This document shows positions 28,322-38,756 of a stretch of DNA of 64,000 nt, piece after piece. Numbering within the stretch: the stretch's first letter is position 1; the number at the start of each line of letters is the position of its first letter. Both the position numbers and the translations under genes were made by a program. Source of the DNA: Thermodesulfobacteriota bacterium. Its GTDB lineage: Bacteria; Desulfobacterota; Binatia; Bin18. The notes beneath the pieces are model-generated. The model ran no database searches and had not been told where the DNA came from. It saw only the letters and a list, made by a program, of their open reading frames with translations. Location: contig OZ219926.1 in NCBI GenBank assembly GCA_964291405.2, forward strand, positions 800,001 to 864,000, written 5' to 3'.

Positions 28322-29694
28322 ACTCCTGCCGAGCGAAGCTGGCGCTCAACATTTTTTTGCGCAGTCCCGCCATAGGACTGACGCCGCTCGACCGCGGCTT
28401 CCAGGCTGAGGCGCGGTAGCAGATCGGCCTCGAACAAGGGGGAAAACTGCTGCCAGTCCTGAAGCGTCAACTGGTGGAGCTCTTTTCCCTCAGCCACACA
28501 CCACTGGACCACCGCACCGACAACGCTATGGGCCTGACGAAACGGCATTTTCTTCTCAACCAGATAGTCGGCAACATCGGTTGCCAGCATGAATCCGCCC
28601 AACGCCGCCTCGGCCAGTCTCTCGGTACGGAAGCGCAACTGCCCCAGCATAGGCTCAAGAACAGTCAGAATACCCTTGAGCGTGTCTACCGTGTCAAACA
28701 GGGGTTCCTTGTCCTCTTGCAAGTCGCGATTATAGGTCAGCGGTAATCCCTTAAGTACGGTCAGCAGGGCGAACAGGTTACCGTATAGGCGGCCAGTCTT
28801 GCCGCGAATAATTTCCGGGACGTCGGGATTCTTTTTTTGGGGCATCATGGAACTGCCGGTCGAAAAGGCCTCCGGCAACTCAATAAAGCCGAATTCACTG
28901 CTCGACCACAGTACGAGTTCTTCGGACAAACGGCTGAGATGCATACCCAGAATCGCCCCGCCGGACAGAAACTCGACCACAAAGTCCCGGTCAGCCACCG
29001 TATCCAGGCTGTTTTCACTCACCCGGGCAAAACCGAGTAAACGTGCAACATAGGCGCGATCAATCGGCAGTGTAGTGCCGGCCAGCGCCCCGGCTCCCAG
29101 GGGCAAGACATTCACACGCTCGCCGCTCTGTTGCAAACGTTCGGCATCGCGGCTGAACATCTCGTGGTAGGCGAGCAGGTGATGGGCAAGCAACACCGGC
29201 TGGGCACGCTGGAGATGGGTATAGCCGGGCAGGACAACGGCCCGGTGGCGCTTGGCCACTCTGGCCAGCCGTTTCTGCAAGCGGCTGAGGAGTTTGAGAA
29301 TCGCCGCGATCTCGTCGCGCACAAAGAGGCGGACATCCAATAGGACCTGATCATTGCGGCTTCGGGCCGTATGCAGCTTGCCGCCGAGCGGACCGACTTT
29401 CTCCGTGAGCCGCCGCTCGATGGCCATATGAATATCCTCATCCGACGGCAGGAAGGGAAAGCGGTCCTGCTCCAGCTCACGCTCGATATTTTTGAGTCCG
29501 GTCAGAATTTTCTGTCCCTCGGCTCGACTCAGCAGCTTCTGTTTGACCAACATCCGACAGTGAGCCACGCTGCCCTGGATGTCGTAGCGGGCCAGGCGTC
29601 GATCAAAGGCCAGCGAAGACGTGAAGGCTTCCATACGCGGGTCGGCCGCGGCAGCGAATCGTCCGGCCCAGGCTTTTGTGCTTTTTGATTTCAT
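28318..29694 (-). CDS. argH: Argininosuccinate lyase
   Basis: WAGRF, HTARSRNDQ, GYTHLQRAQP, GSSMMPQKKNPD. Confidence 0.97.
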   Translation of the reverse strand: MKSKSTKAWAGRFAAAADPRMEAFTSSLAFDRRLARYDIQGSVAHCRMLVKQKLLSRAEGQKILTGLKNIERELEQDRFPFLPSDEDIHMAIERRLTEKVGPLGGKLHTARSRNDQVLLDVRLFVRDEIAAILKLLSRLQKRLARVAKRHRAVVLPGYTHLQRAQPVLLAHHLLAYHEMFSRDAERLQQSGERVNVLPLGAGALAGTTLPIDRAYVARLLGFARVSENSLDTVADRDFVVEFLSGGAILGMHLSRLSEELVLWSSSEFGFIELPEAFSTGSSMMPQKKNPDVPEIIRGKTGRLYGNLFALLTVLKGLPLTYNRDLQEDKEPLFDTVDTLKGILTVLEPMLGQLRFRTERLAEAALGGFMLATDVADYLVEKKMPFRQAHSVVGAVVQWCVAEGKELHQLTLQDWQQFSPLFEADLLPRLSLEAAVERRQSYGGTAQKNVERQLRSAGV

Positions 29695-29766
29695 CGAGAC
29701 ATACGGGACAGGGACCCGCGGCTGGCTCCACCCTGTCGATTCTTGCCCATCGGGAGACGTTCGTCC

Positions 29767-30966
29767 CTACTTCTGGGCCAGCCTACGAATCCGCAAACGC
29801 AGGGAATTGAGGCGGATAAATCCTTCCGCGTCTGCCTGTTGATACTCGCCACTCTCGTCAAAAGACGCGACCTCGGGATTGTACAAGGTGCGATCGGATT
29901 TGCGACCCACCACCATCACATTGCCTTTATACAGCTTGAGCCGGACTGTGCCGGTGACGTTTTTCTGCGACTCATCGATAGCAGCCTGGAGCATCTCGCG
30001 TTCAGGTGCAAACCAATAGCCATAATAGATCATCTCCGCGTAGCGCGGGATCAGCGAGTCGCGCAGATGCACGACTTCGCGGTCCAGGGTCAGCGTCTCC
30101 AGCGCCCGGTGCGCCGTATGCAGAATCGTACCGCCGGGCGTCTCATACACACCCCGCGCCTTCATGCCCACGTAGCGATTCTCGACCAAGTCGCATCGCC
30201 CAATGCCGTGTTTCCCGCCCAGCTCATTGGCTTTGGCCAGCAGGCTGGCCGGAGACAGAGCTTCACCGTTAATCGCCGTGGGATCGCCGGCCACAAAATC
30301 GATTTCAATATATTCAGGCTGGTCGGGGGCGTTCTCCGGTGCAACCGACAGCACAAACATATCTTCATACGGTTCCCGCCAGGGGTCTTCCAGGATGCCG
30401 CCCTCAAAACTCAGATGCAGCAGATTACGGTCCGTGCTGTAGGGCTTCTCCCGGCTGACCGGAATGGGGATCTGCCGCTCTTCGGCATAGGCGATAAGGT
30501 CGGCGCGGCCCTGCATGTCCCACTCCCGCCAGGGCGCAATCACGGTGATATGCGGCTCCAGGGCATAGTAGGTCAGCTCAAAGCGGACTTGGTCGTTGCC
30601 TTTTCCCGTCGCGCCATGCGAAACCGCATCCGCGCCCTCCTGGCGAGCGATTTCAATCTGGCGCTTCGCGATCAGCGGCCGGGCAATGGAGGTCCCCAGC
30701 AGGTAGCCGTCCTCGTAAGAGGTGTTGGCGCGCAGCATGGGAAACACATATTCACGCACAAACTCCTCGCGCAGATCTTCGATATAAATCGCGCTGGCCC
30801 CGACCGCCTGGGCTTTTTCTTCGACGGGTGCAAGTTCCTCCCCTTGGCCAAGGTCGGCACAAAAGGCGACCACCTCGCAACCATAGATATCAATCAGCCA
30901 ACGCAGGATGACCGAGGTATCGAGTCCGCCACTATAGGCAAGAACGACTTTTTTCACATCTACCAC
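29767..30966 (-). CDS. argG: Argininosuccinate synthase
   Basis: [30 protein letters not shown]. Confidence 0.97.
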   Translation of the reverse strand: MVDVKKVVLAYSGGLDTSVILRWLIDIYGCEVVAFCADLGQGEELAPVEEKAQAVGASAIYIEDLREEFVREYVFPMLRANTSYEDGYLLGTSIARPLIAKRQIEIARQEGADAVSHGATGKGNDQVRFELTYYALEPHITVIAPWREWDMQGRADLIAYAEERQIPIPVSREKPYSTDRNLLHLSFEGGILEDPWREPYEDMFVLSVAPENAPDQPEYIEIDFVAGDPTAINGEALSPASLLAKANELGGKHGIGRCDLVENRYVGMKARGVYETPGGTILHTAHRALETLTLDREVVHLRDSLIPRYAEMIYYGYWFAPEREMLQAAIDESQKNVTGTVRLKLYKGNVMVVGRKSDRTLYNPEVASFDESGEYQQADAEGFIRLNSLRLRIRRLAQK

Positions 30967-31002
30967 AAGTGATTTCCTTTCAATCCAGACGGCTCAGCGC
31001 CG

Positions 31003-31058
31003 AAAAGAGTAAACGTGTTCAGCCTCTCATATCTATTGGAGAACACGTTCACTCTTTT
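31003..31058. repeat. Palindromic intergenic element, copy 2
   Basis: AAAAGAGTAAACGTGTTC-N20-GAACACGTTCACTCTTTT. Confidence 0.8.
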
Positions 31059-31969
31059 TACCCTTGAAGCAGCCAGACCATAATGGCTTTTTGGATATGC
31101 AGACGGTTTTCGGATTGGTCAAAAACGACCGACTGTAGACCGTCCAACACGTCTGCCGTGATCTCCTCTCCCCGATGGGCGGGCAGACAGTGCATGACCA
31201 GCGCGTCCGGTTTTGCCAGGCTCATCACCTCGGCATTGATCTGATAGTCGGCGAACGCCTGGCGGCGAACTGCTCCTTCCTCCTCCTGGCCCATACTCGT
31301 CCACACATCGGTATAGACCGCGTCAGCCTCACGCGCGGCCTCAGCCACGGTATGGGTGACTGTCACCCGCGCACCGGCATGACGCGTCTGCTCCAGGACA
31401 GCCCGGTCCGGCTCATATCCGGGCGGGCAGGCCAGCACAAAACGAAACGGCAGTTTCACCGCGGCATGTAACCAGGAATGCACCACGTTATTGCCATCGC
31501 CGACAAAAGCGATTTTCAGGCCCTCAAGAGCGCCCCGGTGTTCGATCAGGGTCAAACAGTCGGCCAGCACCTGGCACGGGTGGAGCAGATCGGACAACCC
31601 GTTGATGACCGGAATCGTTGCGGCCTGGGCGAGTTCGGTCAGCGCCTGATGTGAGAAGGTCCGAGCCATGATGAGATCAACCCAGCGCGAGAGGTTCTTG
31701 GCAACATCGGGAACGGTTTCCCGTGTACCCAGCCCGATATCCTGGGGTGAGAGATAAATCGCATACCCACCCAGTTGGTCCATGCCAGCCTCGAACGTCA
31801 CACGGGTGCGCAAGCTGGGCTTCTCAAAAATCATCGCCAGCGTTTTGCCCGCTAGGATCGGATGCGGCCAGCCCTTTTGGCGGTCAGCCTTGAGCCGCTG
31901 CGCCAGCGAAAAGAGCGCCTCGACCTCCTCCTGGGTCAAATCGCTGATACTGATTAGGTCGCGTTTCAT
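31058..31969 (-). CDS. argF: Ornithine carbamoyltransferase
   Basis: FEKPSLRTR, HPCQ, HCLPAHRGEE. Confidence 0.96.
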   Translation of the reverse strand: MKRDLISISDLTQEEVEALFSLAQRLKADRQKGWPHPILAGKTLAMIFEKPSLRTRVTFEAGMDQLGGYAIYLSPQDIGLGTRETVPDVAKNLSRWVDLIMARTFSHQALTELAQAATIPVINGLSDLLHPCQVLADCLTLIEHRGALEGLKIAFVGDGNNVVHSWLHAAVKLPFRFVLACPPGYEPDRAVLEQTRHAGARVTVTHTVAEAAREADAVYTDVWTSMGQEEEGAVRRQAFADYQINAEVMSLAKPDALVMHCLPAHRGEEITADVLDGLQSVVFDQSENRLHIQKAIMVWLLQG

Positions 31970-33153
31970 TGTCGGGCCAGTACTTTTTCAAGGATGTCCA
32001 GGCCTTCGTCGATCTCATCCTTGGTGATGATCAGCGGCGGGATAAACCGTAGCACTTTTCCCGCGGCGCAATTGATCATCACCCCTTCGGTCAGACAGGT
32101 GTCCGCAATTTTTCCGCCTTCGCGGTCGAGTTCAGCTCCCAGAATCAGCCCTTTTCCGCGCACATCGGTAATAAAGGAAAACTTTTCTTTCAACGCCTGA
32201 AGCCGGCTCAGAAAATAGGCTCCCATCTCGGCACAATTGTCGAGCACGCCCTCGTTGAGCAGGGTTTCAACCACCGCAATCCCGGAGGCGCAGGCAATCG
32301 CATTGCCGCCAAACGTTGAGCCGTGCGTTCCGAGGCTGAGGCTTTCCGCCACCTCGGCTGTTGTCAGCATGGCCCCAATCGGCACCCCTCCGCCCAGCGC
32401 CTTGGCGAGCGGCATAATATCCGGAGTCACCCCTTCGTGTTCATGGGCGAAGAGTTTTCCTGTCCGCCCCATGCCGACTTGCACCTCGTCAAAAATGAGC
32501 AGCAGCCCGTTGCGGTCGCACAACTCGCGCAATCCTCTAAGATAGCCGTCGGGCGGCACGACCACCCCGCCTTCGCCCTGAATCGGCTCGACTAAAATCG
32601 CGACGGTCTTATCCGACAGGGCCGCTTCCATGGCCGCCAGGTCCCCAAACGGCACATAGCGGAAGCCCTCTAGCACCGGCCCGAACCCCTGGCGCACTTT
32701 TTCCTGGCCGGTGGCGGCAATCGTGGCCATAGTCCGACCATGAAACGAGCCCAGCGTGGAGAGAATCTCGTAGCGCCCCTCACGCTTATCCACCCCATAT
32801 TTACGCGCTAGTTTAATCGAGGCTTCGTTGGCCTCGGCTCCGCTATTACAAAAGAACACCCTATCGGCAAACGAATGAGTACACAGCAGTTCGGCCAGAC
32901 GCGCCTGCGGAATAATATAATGCAGATTGGAAATATGCGTGAGCGTCGCAACCTGCTCCTGCACGGCTTTGACCACCGCAGGGTGACATTGCCCCAGGTT
33001 CATCACCGCCAGGCTGGCAAAAAAATCCAAATAGGACTTCCCCTCCGCATCCCACAGGCGGCAGCCTTCACCCCGGACAAAGGCAACCGGAAAACGGGCA
33101 TAGGTGGAACATAGATATTGATTATTCAGGTCAACGATTTCCTGGCTGTTCAT
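31966..33153 (-). CDS. argD: Acetylornithine aminotransferase
   Basis: NSGAEANE, FHGRT, EPIQGEGG, DEVQVGMGRTG, AKALGGG; arg operon context. Confidence 0.93.
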   Translation of the reverse strand: MNSQEIVDLNNQYLCSTYARFPVAFVRGEGCRLWDAEGKSYLDFFASLAVMNLGQCHPAVVKAVQEQVATLTHISNLHYIIPQARLAELLCTHSFADRVFFCNSGAEANEASIKLARKYGVDKREGRYEILSTLGSFHGRTMATIAATGQEKVRQGFGPVLEGFRYVPFGDLAAMEAALSDKTVAILVEPIQGEGGVVVPPDGYLRGLRELCDRNGLLLIFDEVQVGMGRTGKLFAHEHEGVTPDIMPLAKALGGGVPIGAMLTTAEVAESLSLGTHGSTFGGNAIACASGIAVVETLLNEGVLDNCAEMGAYFLSRLQALKEKFSFITDVRGKGLILGAELDREGGKIADTCLTEGVMINCAAGKVLRFIPPLIITKDEIDEGLDILEKVLARQ

Positions 33154-33289
33154 ATGCTTTTCCCCCTGGCTGCTTTGTCAAAAAATCACGCTTTCACAGT
33201 CGCAGTGCACTCACACCTCTTGCTCTTCTTGCAGAAGTTCACCCCTATACACCTGCACCCTATTTTTGCCAAGAGCGCGTGGAAAAGCG

Positions 33290-34177
33290 TTACGCCGTGT
33301 GCCGAACCACTTCGGTCCCGATACCGGCTTTGGTCAGAATTTCCAGCAGGATAGCGTGACGCACACGGCCATCAAGAACATGCGCCTTTTGCGCCCCGCC
33401 ATGCAGCGCGGCAATACAGCACTCGACCTTAGGGATCATCCCTGCGTGAATGACGCCCTCGGCGATGAGTGCCTCAGCTTCAGCCGCGGTCAGTGTCGGC
33501 AGGAGCTTATCGTCTTTATCCTGAATCCCTGCGACATCGGTCAGTAAAATAAACTTTTCGGCTTGGAGGGCTTCGGCTATTTTCCCGGCAACCAGATCGG
33601 CGTTGATATTATACGTTTCACCATTCAGGCCAATGCCGATCGGGGCAATCACCGGAATAAAGTCCTGGGCGGTCAGGGCATGAATCACGCGCGGATTCAC
33701 GCCTATAATCTCTCCCACATGACCAATATCACGTTGCACGGTCCGTCCATTTTCTTCCGTATCGACCAGCATTTGACGCGCCACGACGAACTCGCCATCT
33801 TTGCCGGTAATCCCAACCGCGGGGTTTCCCTGTTGATTGATGAGGGTCACAATCTCCTTATTGACCCGGTTGAGCACCATCTCGACCACTTCCATAGTCG
33901 GATCATCGGTCACGCGCATACCGCGTACAAAGTGGGAGGGAATATCCAAGCGTTTGAGCAACTGCCCAATCTGCGGGCCACCACCGTGGACGACAACCGG
34001 ATTCATACCCACGTATTTGAGGAGGACGATATCCTCGGCAAAGTGTTGCTTGAGGTCCTCGTCCTGCATGGCGTGCCCGCCATATTTGATAACAATGGTC
34101 TTGCCGGAAAAACGACGAATAAACGGCAAGGCTTCCAGCAGGATATCGGCCTTTTGAATGAGTTCGTCCATATGCAC
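33290..34177 (-). CDS. argB: Acetylglutamate kinase
   Basis: VIKYGGHAM, VHGGGPQI, NINAD, GMIPK. Confidence 0.96.
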   Translation of the reverse strand: MHMDELIQKADILLEALPFIRRFSGKTIVIKYGGHAMQDEDLKQHFAEDIVLLKYVGMNPVVVHGGGPQIGQLLKRLDIPSHFVRGMRVTDDPTMEVVEMVLNRVNKEIVTLINQQGNPAVGITGKDGEFVVARQMLVDTEENGRTVQRDIGHVGEIIGVNPRVIHALTAQDFIPVIAPIGIGLNGETYNINADLVAGKIAEALQAEKFILLTDVAGIQDKDDKLLPTLTAAEAEALIAEGVIHAGMIPKVECCIAALHGGAQKAHVLDGRVRHAILLEILTKAGIGTEVVRHTA

Positions 34178-34287
34178 ATCCGTGCTCAGGCATACTGCCT
34201 AGTGCGCTCTGTTTCACTGTGTAGTGTGACTTGCCCTGGGTCAAGAGCGGCTTGGTTTCTAGTTTCACTCGACTATAATGGCAGGCC

Positions 34288-35190
34288 ATGCGGTCACGTC
34301 TATTTCTTTGGCCAATGTATTTCGCCGGCTTCCTCTATGTGAGCAGTCTTGGGTACCCGGCTGAGGCAGGGGCCGACCTCTATCGTTGGACCGACACAAG
34401 GGGGATTATTCACATTGTGGATGAAAGCGTAGAGATTCCTGAAACCTACCAGGATCGGGTAAAAATCTATCGCTCTTTCTCCTCAGACGTTGCCTCATCA
34501 CCGGCCCTCATCACCCCGAGCCGCGAGTATTCCGCCCTCAGCCAGGGAGCCTTTGCCCAAAAAATTGCCGTAGACTTTGGCCTGATCAAAGACGGGAGCA
34601 TCGACGCCTTGGGCCCGCTGAACGGAGTCGGCATCCAGCCCGCGGGAGGCTGGCAGGTGAGCCGCAACCTTGACCCGGACAGTGTAGACCAACTGGCGGC
34701 GGCGGTCCGACGGGCTGCAACAGCCCAGCGCCTGGCGCTTTCCGCCGATGGAGCCGAAGCCATTATCCGCCAGGCCGCGATTGACTTTATTCCGCCACCA
34801 CCGCCACCCGAGCCCGTAGTCCAGGCAGAGCCGGACGTTGTCATTGTCAAACAGCCCCCGCGTATTATCGAAGTCATCCGCGAGCCCTATTACGTTGAAA
34901 CGCCAGTGGTAGTGCATGCCCTGCGCCCTTATCGTCCGTACCGGCGGCTCCGTCGTTTCCCCCGTCAGGAGCGCAGAGAGCGAGAGGTTTACCGCCCGCT
35001 GCATACGATTCGGCGCCGCAATCCCTCAATTCGTCCTTCCAAACCGTCCATCAGCCGTAAGACTCCTGGCCACTCGATTCGTCCATCCGGGCCATCCATC
35101 AGTCGCAGGCCTCTCAGCCACTCGATTCGGCGCGGCCCCTTTATCGCCAACACAACAACCCAGGCCACAGCACCGTTTATCCAGCGGTAA
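34288..35190 (+). CDS. Secreted DUF4124-like protein with Pro-rich linker and basic low-complexity tail
   Basis: Signal peptide, ADLYRWTD.RG.IH, PPPPPPEP, Arg/Ser-rich repeats. Confidence 0.65.
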   Translation: MRSRLFLWPMYFAGFLYVSSLGYPAEAGADLYRWTDTRGIIHIVDESVEIPETYQDRVKIYRSFSSDVASSPALITPSREYSALSQGAFAQKIAVDFGLIKDGSIDALGPLNGVGIQPAGGWQVSRNLDPDSVDQLAAAVRRAATAQRLALSADGAEAIIRQAAIDFIPPPPPPEPVVQAEPDVVIVKQPPRIIEVIREPYYVETPVVVHALRPYRPYRRLRRFPRQERREREVYRPLHTIRRRNPSIRPSKPSISRKTPGHSIRPSGPSISRRPLSHSIRRGPFIANTTTQATAPFIQR

Positions 35191-35213
35191 GTTTCTCAGG
35201 GAGTTGTAGAAAA

Positions 35214-36065
35214 ATGGAAGAGCAGCCCGCAGTCATCCCCCCCGTACCGCTCGCCCTTGAAGGCTCGGCCATACTCCACCAGATGTTTCGCGTACGCTGG
35301 GCGGACTGGAGGGCCGTATCCGCCAGGGCTCAGAACGAAATTCTGGACGACGCAGTGCGAGCCTTTAGCACCATGGAAGCGGAAAGCTCCGAACAAACCG
35401 GGCTCTTTTCCCTCTTGGGGCATAAGGGTGACCTCATGCTTGTCCATTTTCGACCGACCTTTGATGCTGTGAACGAGGCAGAGTTGCAGATCGCAAGGCT
35501 CGGGCTGAGCGATTTTCTTGAGCCCACGACCTCGTACGTCTCGGTGGTCGAGCTTGGGCTGTATGAAGCCTCGATCCACCTGTACCGCAGCCTGGCCGAA
35601 CAGGGCCTCCAGCCGGGCACGGCCGAATGGCGTGAGGCCGTGGAGAAAGAGCTCGCACAAAAGCGCGAAGCGATGGCCAGTCGGGTCTGGCCGTCCATTC
35701 CGGCCCGCCGCTATCTCAGCTTCTATCCTATGGACAAGAAACGCGGCGAGGACAAAAACTGGTATCAACTTTCCATCACCGCCCGGCAGCAGATGATGCG
35801 CGAGCACGGCATGATCGGCCGTCGCTACGCCGGGCAGGTCACCCAGATCATTTCGGGCTCAATTGGTTTCGACGACTGGGAGTGGGGTGTGGACCTTTTT
35901 GCCGATGATCCCCTGGTGTTCAAAAAACTGGTCTATGAGATGCGCTTTGACGAGGCTAGCGCCGTGTATGGGCTTTTTGGGTCGTTCTATCTCGGGCTGC
36001 GTTTTCCGGCCGCGGAACTCGGCAGTCTGCTGAACGGACGTGCTCCGGCCTTTCGGCAGGAGTAA
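35214..36065 (+). CDS. hemQ: Coproheme decarboxylase / chlorite dismutase family
   Basis: LGHKGDLM, YVSVVELGLY, FYPMDKKR, WY.L..R..MM.EHG.IGR, DDWEWGV, EMRFDEASA. Confidence 0.82.
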   Translation: MEEQPAVIPPVPLALEGSAILHQMFRVRWADWRAVSARAQNEILDDAVRAFSTMEAESSEQTGLFSLLGHKGDLMLVHFRPTFDAVNEAELQIARLGLSDFLEPTTSYVSVVELGLYEASIHLYRSLAEQGLQPGTAEWREAVEKELAQKREAMASRVWPSIPARRYLSFYPMDKKRGEDKNWYQLSITARQQMMREHGMIGRRYAGQVTQIISGSIGFDDWEWGVDLFADDPLVFKKLVYEMRFDEASAVYGLFGSFYLGLRFPAAELGSLLNGRAPAFRQE

Positions 36066-36123
36066 GGGCCAGGTGCGTCGCTCGCTCTTTCTTTTCCGTT
36101 GCCGATCATTACAATAGCGGGCC

Positions 36124-37269
36124 ATGACAAGCGCAGATGTCGTCGTTCTTGGGGCTGGCGTAATCGGCAGTTCCATTGCCCACACCTTTGCCCGACACCA
36201 ATACAAGACCATCCTGGTCGATAAACAACAGCCGGGCCAGGAAGCGTCAGCCGCCGCGGCCGGGATTCTGGCCGTTTCCAGCGGACGCTCGAAGCGTGGC
36301 CCGATGTATCAACTCAAGAAGGCCAGCCAGGCGCTCTATCCTGCGCTGATTCAAGAGATTCAGCAGGCAACCGGTATTGACGTTGAATATCAGACCGTCG
36401 GAGTTTTCTGCCTCATCCGCAACGACGCCGACGAAAAAAAATATCGTAAGCTGTACGAGCTCAGACAAGAACAGGGCCATCCCGTCACCTGGCTGTCAGC
36501 CGAGGCGCTCCGGCAGGCGGAACCAGCTCTGAGCCCAGACCTGCGCGGAGCCGTCCATTTTTCGAGCGATCATCATCTGCATAATGGCAAGCTGGCCACC
36601 GCTTGGGCACTGGCGGCTGAAAAATGTGGCGCGCAACTAAGAACTGGCATAACGGTGACCGAGGTTCGCCGGACAGGGGGACGTGTCCAATCTGTCCGTA
36701 TTGGCGACGAGTGGGTTGAAGCTGGGACGGTAGTGATAGCCACGGGCTCTTGGTCGCGTCAGGTCGGGGAGCTGTTTGGTATCGCGATTCCCGTCGAGCC
36801 GGCCAAAGGTCAGATGTTGGCCGTTCGCGCCACTCAGCTCAACCACGTGATCTCGTGCGATGAGCACTATCTGGTCCCACGCAAAAACGGCGAGGTCATT
36901 ATTGGCTCAACCGTCGAGTATGCCGGGCATACAAAAGACGTCACGCTGGATACGATTCAGAATTTCATTGACCGTTCAGAAGCGCTTGTGCCAGGGATCA
37001 GCAAGGCTCCGCTCAGTCGATTTTGGGCCGGATTACGACCCTATTCACCGACGCGTCGGCCCATTCTGTGCCGGGCGCCCGACATCGACAACGTTGTTCT
37101 GGCTACCGGTCATCATCGCAACGGCATTGTCCTGGCCCCTATTACCGGCAAATTGATTTACGAGCTGATCACAACGGACCAACCCTCACTGGACCTGACT
37201 CCCTTCGCCCTGCCCAGGGAACCCCTTCCGCCACCGGGTCCGGACGAATCACCCGATGAGGCAGACTGA
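36124..37269 (+). CDS. thiO: Glycine oxidase ThiO / FAD-dependent oxidoreductase
   Basis: GAGVIG, ASAAAAGIL, KGQM, YLVPR, WAGLRP, GHHRNGIVLAP. Confidence 0.8.
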   Translation: MTSADVVVLGAGVIGSSIAHTFARHQYKTILVDKQQPGQEASAAAAGILAVSSGRSKRGPMYQLKKASQALYPALIQEIQQATGIDVEYQTVGVFCLIRNDADEKKYRKLYELRQEQGHPVTWLSAEALRQAEPALSPDLRGAVHFSSDHHLHNGKLATAWALAAEKCGAQLRTGITVTEVRRTGGRVQSVRIGDEWVEAGTVVIATGSWSRQVGELFGIAIPVEPAKGQMLAVRATQLNHVISCDEHYLVPRKNGEVIIGSTVEYAGHTKDVTLDTIQNFIDRSEALVPGISKAPLSRFWAGLRPYSPTRRPILCRAPDIDNVVLATGHHRNGIVLAPITGKLIYELITTDQPSLDLTPFALPREPLPPPGPDESPDEAD

Positions 37270-37361
37270 AGTCCGTATCGCATTGCCACGTCCACAGCAG
37301 TGTGCGATAATTCGTTCCATTCAGGCAGAGGGAAAACCATATTCCGGAGGGAGGAAATTTC

Positions 37362-37565
37362 ATGGACGAGGTCAAAATTCGAGTGCTTAAGAACGGGCCA
37401 TACGAGGTCAAAGGCACAGTCACGCTCACGGACCAGAAGCGCAACCCGTATACGGTTGAGGACGACGCCATTTATCTGTGCCGCTGCGGTCAATCGGCAA
37501 ACAAGCCGTTCTGCGACGGCACCCACACCGACGCCGGCTTTAAGGCCGAAGAAACAGCCGAATAG
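37362..37565 (+). CDS. CDGSH iron-sulfur domain protein
   Basis: NGPY, LCRCGQSANKPFCDGTH; GGAGG RBS. Confidence 0.9.
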   Translation: MDEVKIRVLKNGPYEVKGTVTLTDQKRNPYTVEDDAIYLCRCGQSANKPFCDGTHTDAGFKAEETAE

Positions 37566-37577
37566 CGTCTTAAGAAA

Positions 37578-38045
37578 ATGCAAATACGCCTTCTTACTAC
37601 ATTTGCATTTGTTTTCTTCATCGGCTTCGGTCTGTACGGAGACATTGAGGCAGCCTGCAGTTCCCAGAACATCGGGGAAACGACCTTCCATTCATGCTCT
37701 GACGGCTCGACAGGCGTTTCCCGTAACCTTGGTGGTACCGCCTTTCACACTTGGTCTGACGGCTCGGTCGGCGCCTCTCAAAACTTTGGTGGTACCGCCT
37801 TTCATACTTGGTCTGATGGCTCGGTCGGGAGTTCTCAAAGCCTTGGCGGTACCACCTTCCATAATTGGTCCGACGGTGCGGCCGGCGCTTCTCGCAACCT
37901 TGGCGATACTACCTTTCACACTTGGTCTGATGGCTCGGTCGGGAGTTCTCAAAGCCTTGGCAATACTACCTTTCACACGTGGTCTGGCGGCTCGGCAGGC
38001 ACTTCTCGCAACCTTAGCGGTACCACCTTTCACAATCGGGATTAG
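37578..38045 (+). CDS. Secreted protein made of 19-aa tandem repeats
   Basis: Signal peptide, then six full and one partial S(R/Q)(N/S)LGGTTFHTWSDGSVG(A/S) units. Confidence 0.75.
   Translation: MQIRLLTTFAFVFFIGFGLYGDIEAACSSQNIGETTFHSCSDGSTGVSRNLGGTAFHTWSDGSVGASQNFGGTAFHTWSDGSVGSSQSLGGTTFHNWSDGAAGASRNLGDTTFHTWSDGSVGSSQSLGNTTFHTWSGGSAGTSRNLSGTTFHNRD
37662..38042 (+). repeat. 57-bp coding tandem repeat (about 6.7 copies)
   Basis: Recurrent CCTTTCACACTTGGTCTGACGGCTCGGTCGG at 57-nt period with synonymous variation. Confidence 0.9.
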
Positions 38046-38680
38046 TCGTGCTTTAGACCCTTATCAAGCTCGGGCATCCTCATATTTTTCGATGTTGTCT
38101 GTTGAGCCGTATCGCTCAGCACCTGAACCGCTCGCACACCGGCCCCGTAGCGATAGACCATTTCCCCCCCCCAATACCCCTGGATCGTCAGACCGATTAA
38201 TCCCATGCCGGCCAGGATGATATACAGGAGCGGCAATTGCTCGCGAATTTGTAACCGCGCCACAAGCAGGATGATAAAAAATCCGAGCAGCACGTATCCG
38301 CCATATTCGTGGTAGAAGAGTAGTTCCCCGACTTGGGGATCAAAAACACTGCCGGGCTGTGGGAGCTGCTGTTCGATCCAGCCACTCAGGACAGCCAGGC
38401 CCACCCCGCCAACGCCGGCGAGAAAACCGATCTTGCCGGTCTGTTGCCAGTCTCGCCGTCCGCCAAGGCTTCCACCACAGTCAAGAAGCACACCAAAAAC
38501 AACCAGGGCAATGGCAAAATGAACGCACACGGGATGCAGCAGGACGATGAGACCGGCGTCAAGCGGGGGTACTGGAACGCCGTCATCGGCCCAACCGAAA
38601 CCGACAGTCAGCACGCAGCTGGCGCCGAGGATGCAGCATACCTGCCTCCAGAGTTTCCCGTTTTTCATGGCGCTGGGCAT
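38042..38680 (-). CDS. DUF2231-like membrane protein
   Basis: LHPVCVHFAIAL, HE, GYWGGEMVYRYGAGV. Confidence 0.75.
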   Translation of the reverse strand: MPSAMKNGKLWRQVCCILGASCVLTVGFGWADDGVPVPPLDAGLIVLLHPVCVHFAIALVVFGVLLDCGGSLGGRRDWQQTGKIGFLAGVGGVGLAVLSGWIEQQLPQPGSVFDPQVGELLFYHEYGGYVLLGFFIILLVARLQIREQLPLLYIILAGMGLIGLTIQGYWGGEMVYRYGAGVRAVQVLSDTAQQTTSKNMRMPELDKGLKHD

Positions 38681-38756
38681 CTGCGTATCGATTTCCCTCC
38701 CCCGGTCTCGATGCTAGACTATGTTGAAACGTACGCGGATACTACAGGAGGTAGGA

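Noticed and set aside
29743-30972. Long antisense ORFs (409 aa here; also 43006-44085 and 44152-45489)
   Set aside because: They mirror argG, glnA and the SDR gene; typical shadow ORFs of GC-rich coding DNA
37662-38042. Possible CRISPR array
   Set aside because: The 57-bp period is a multiple of 3, lies in an open frame with a signal peptide, has no unique spacers, and no cas genes are present
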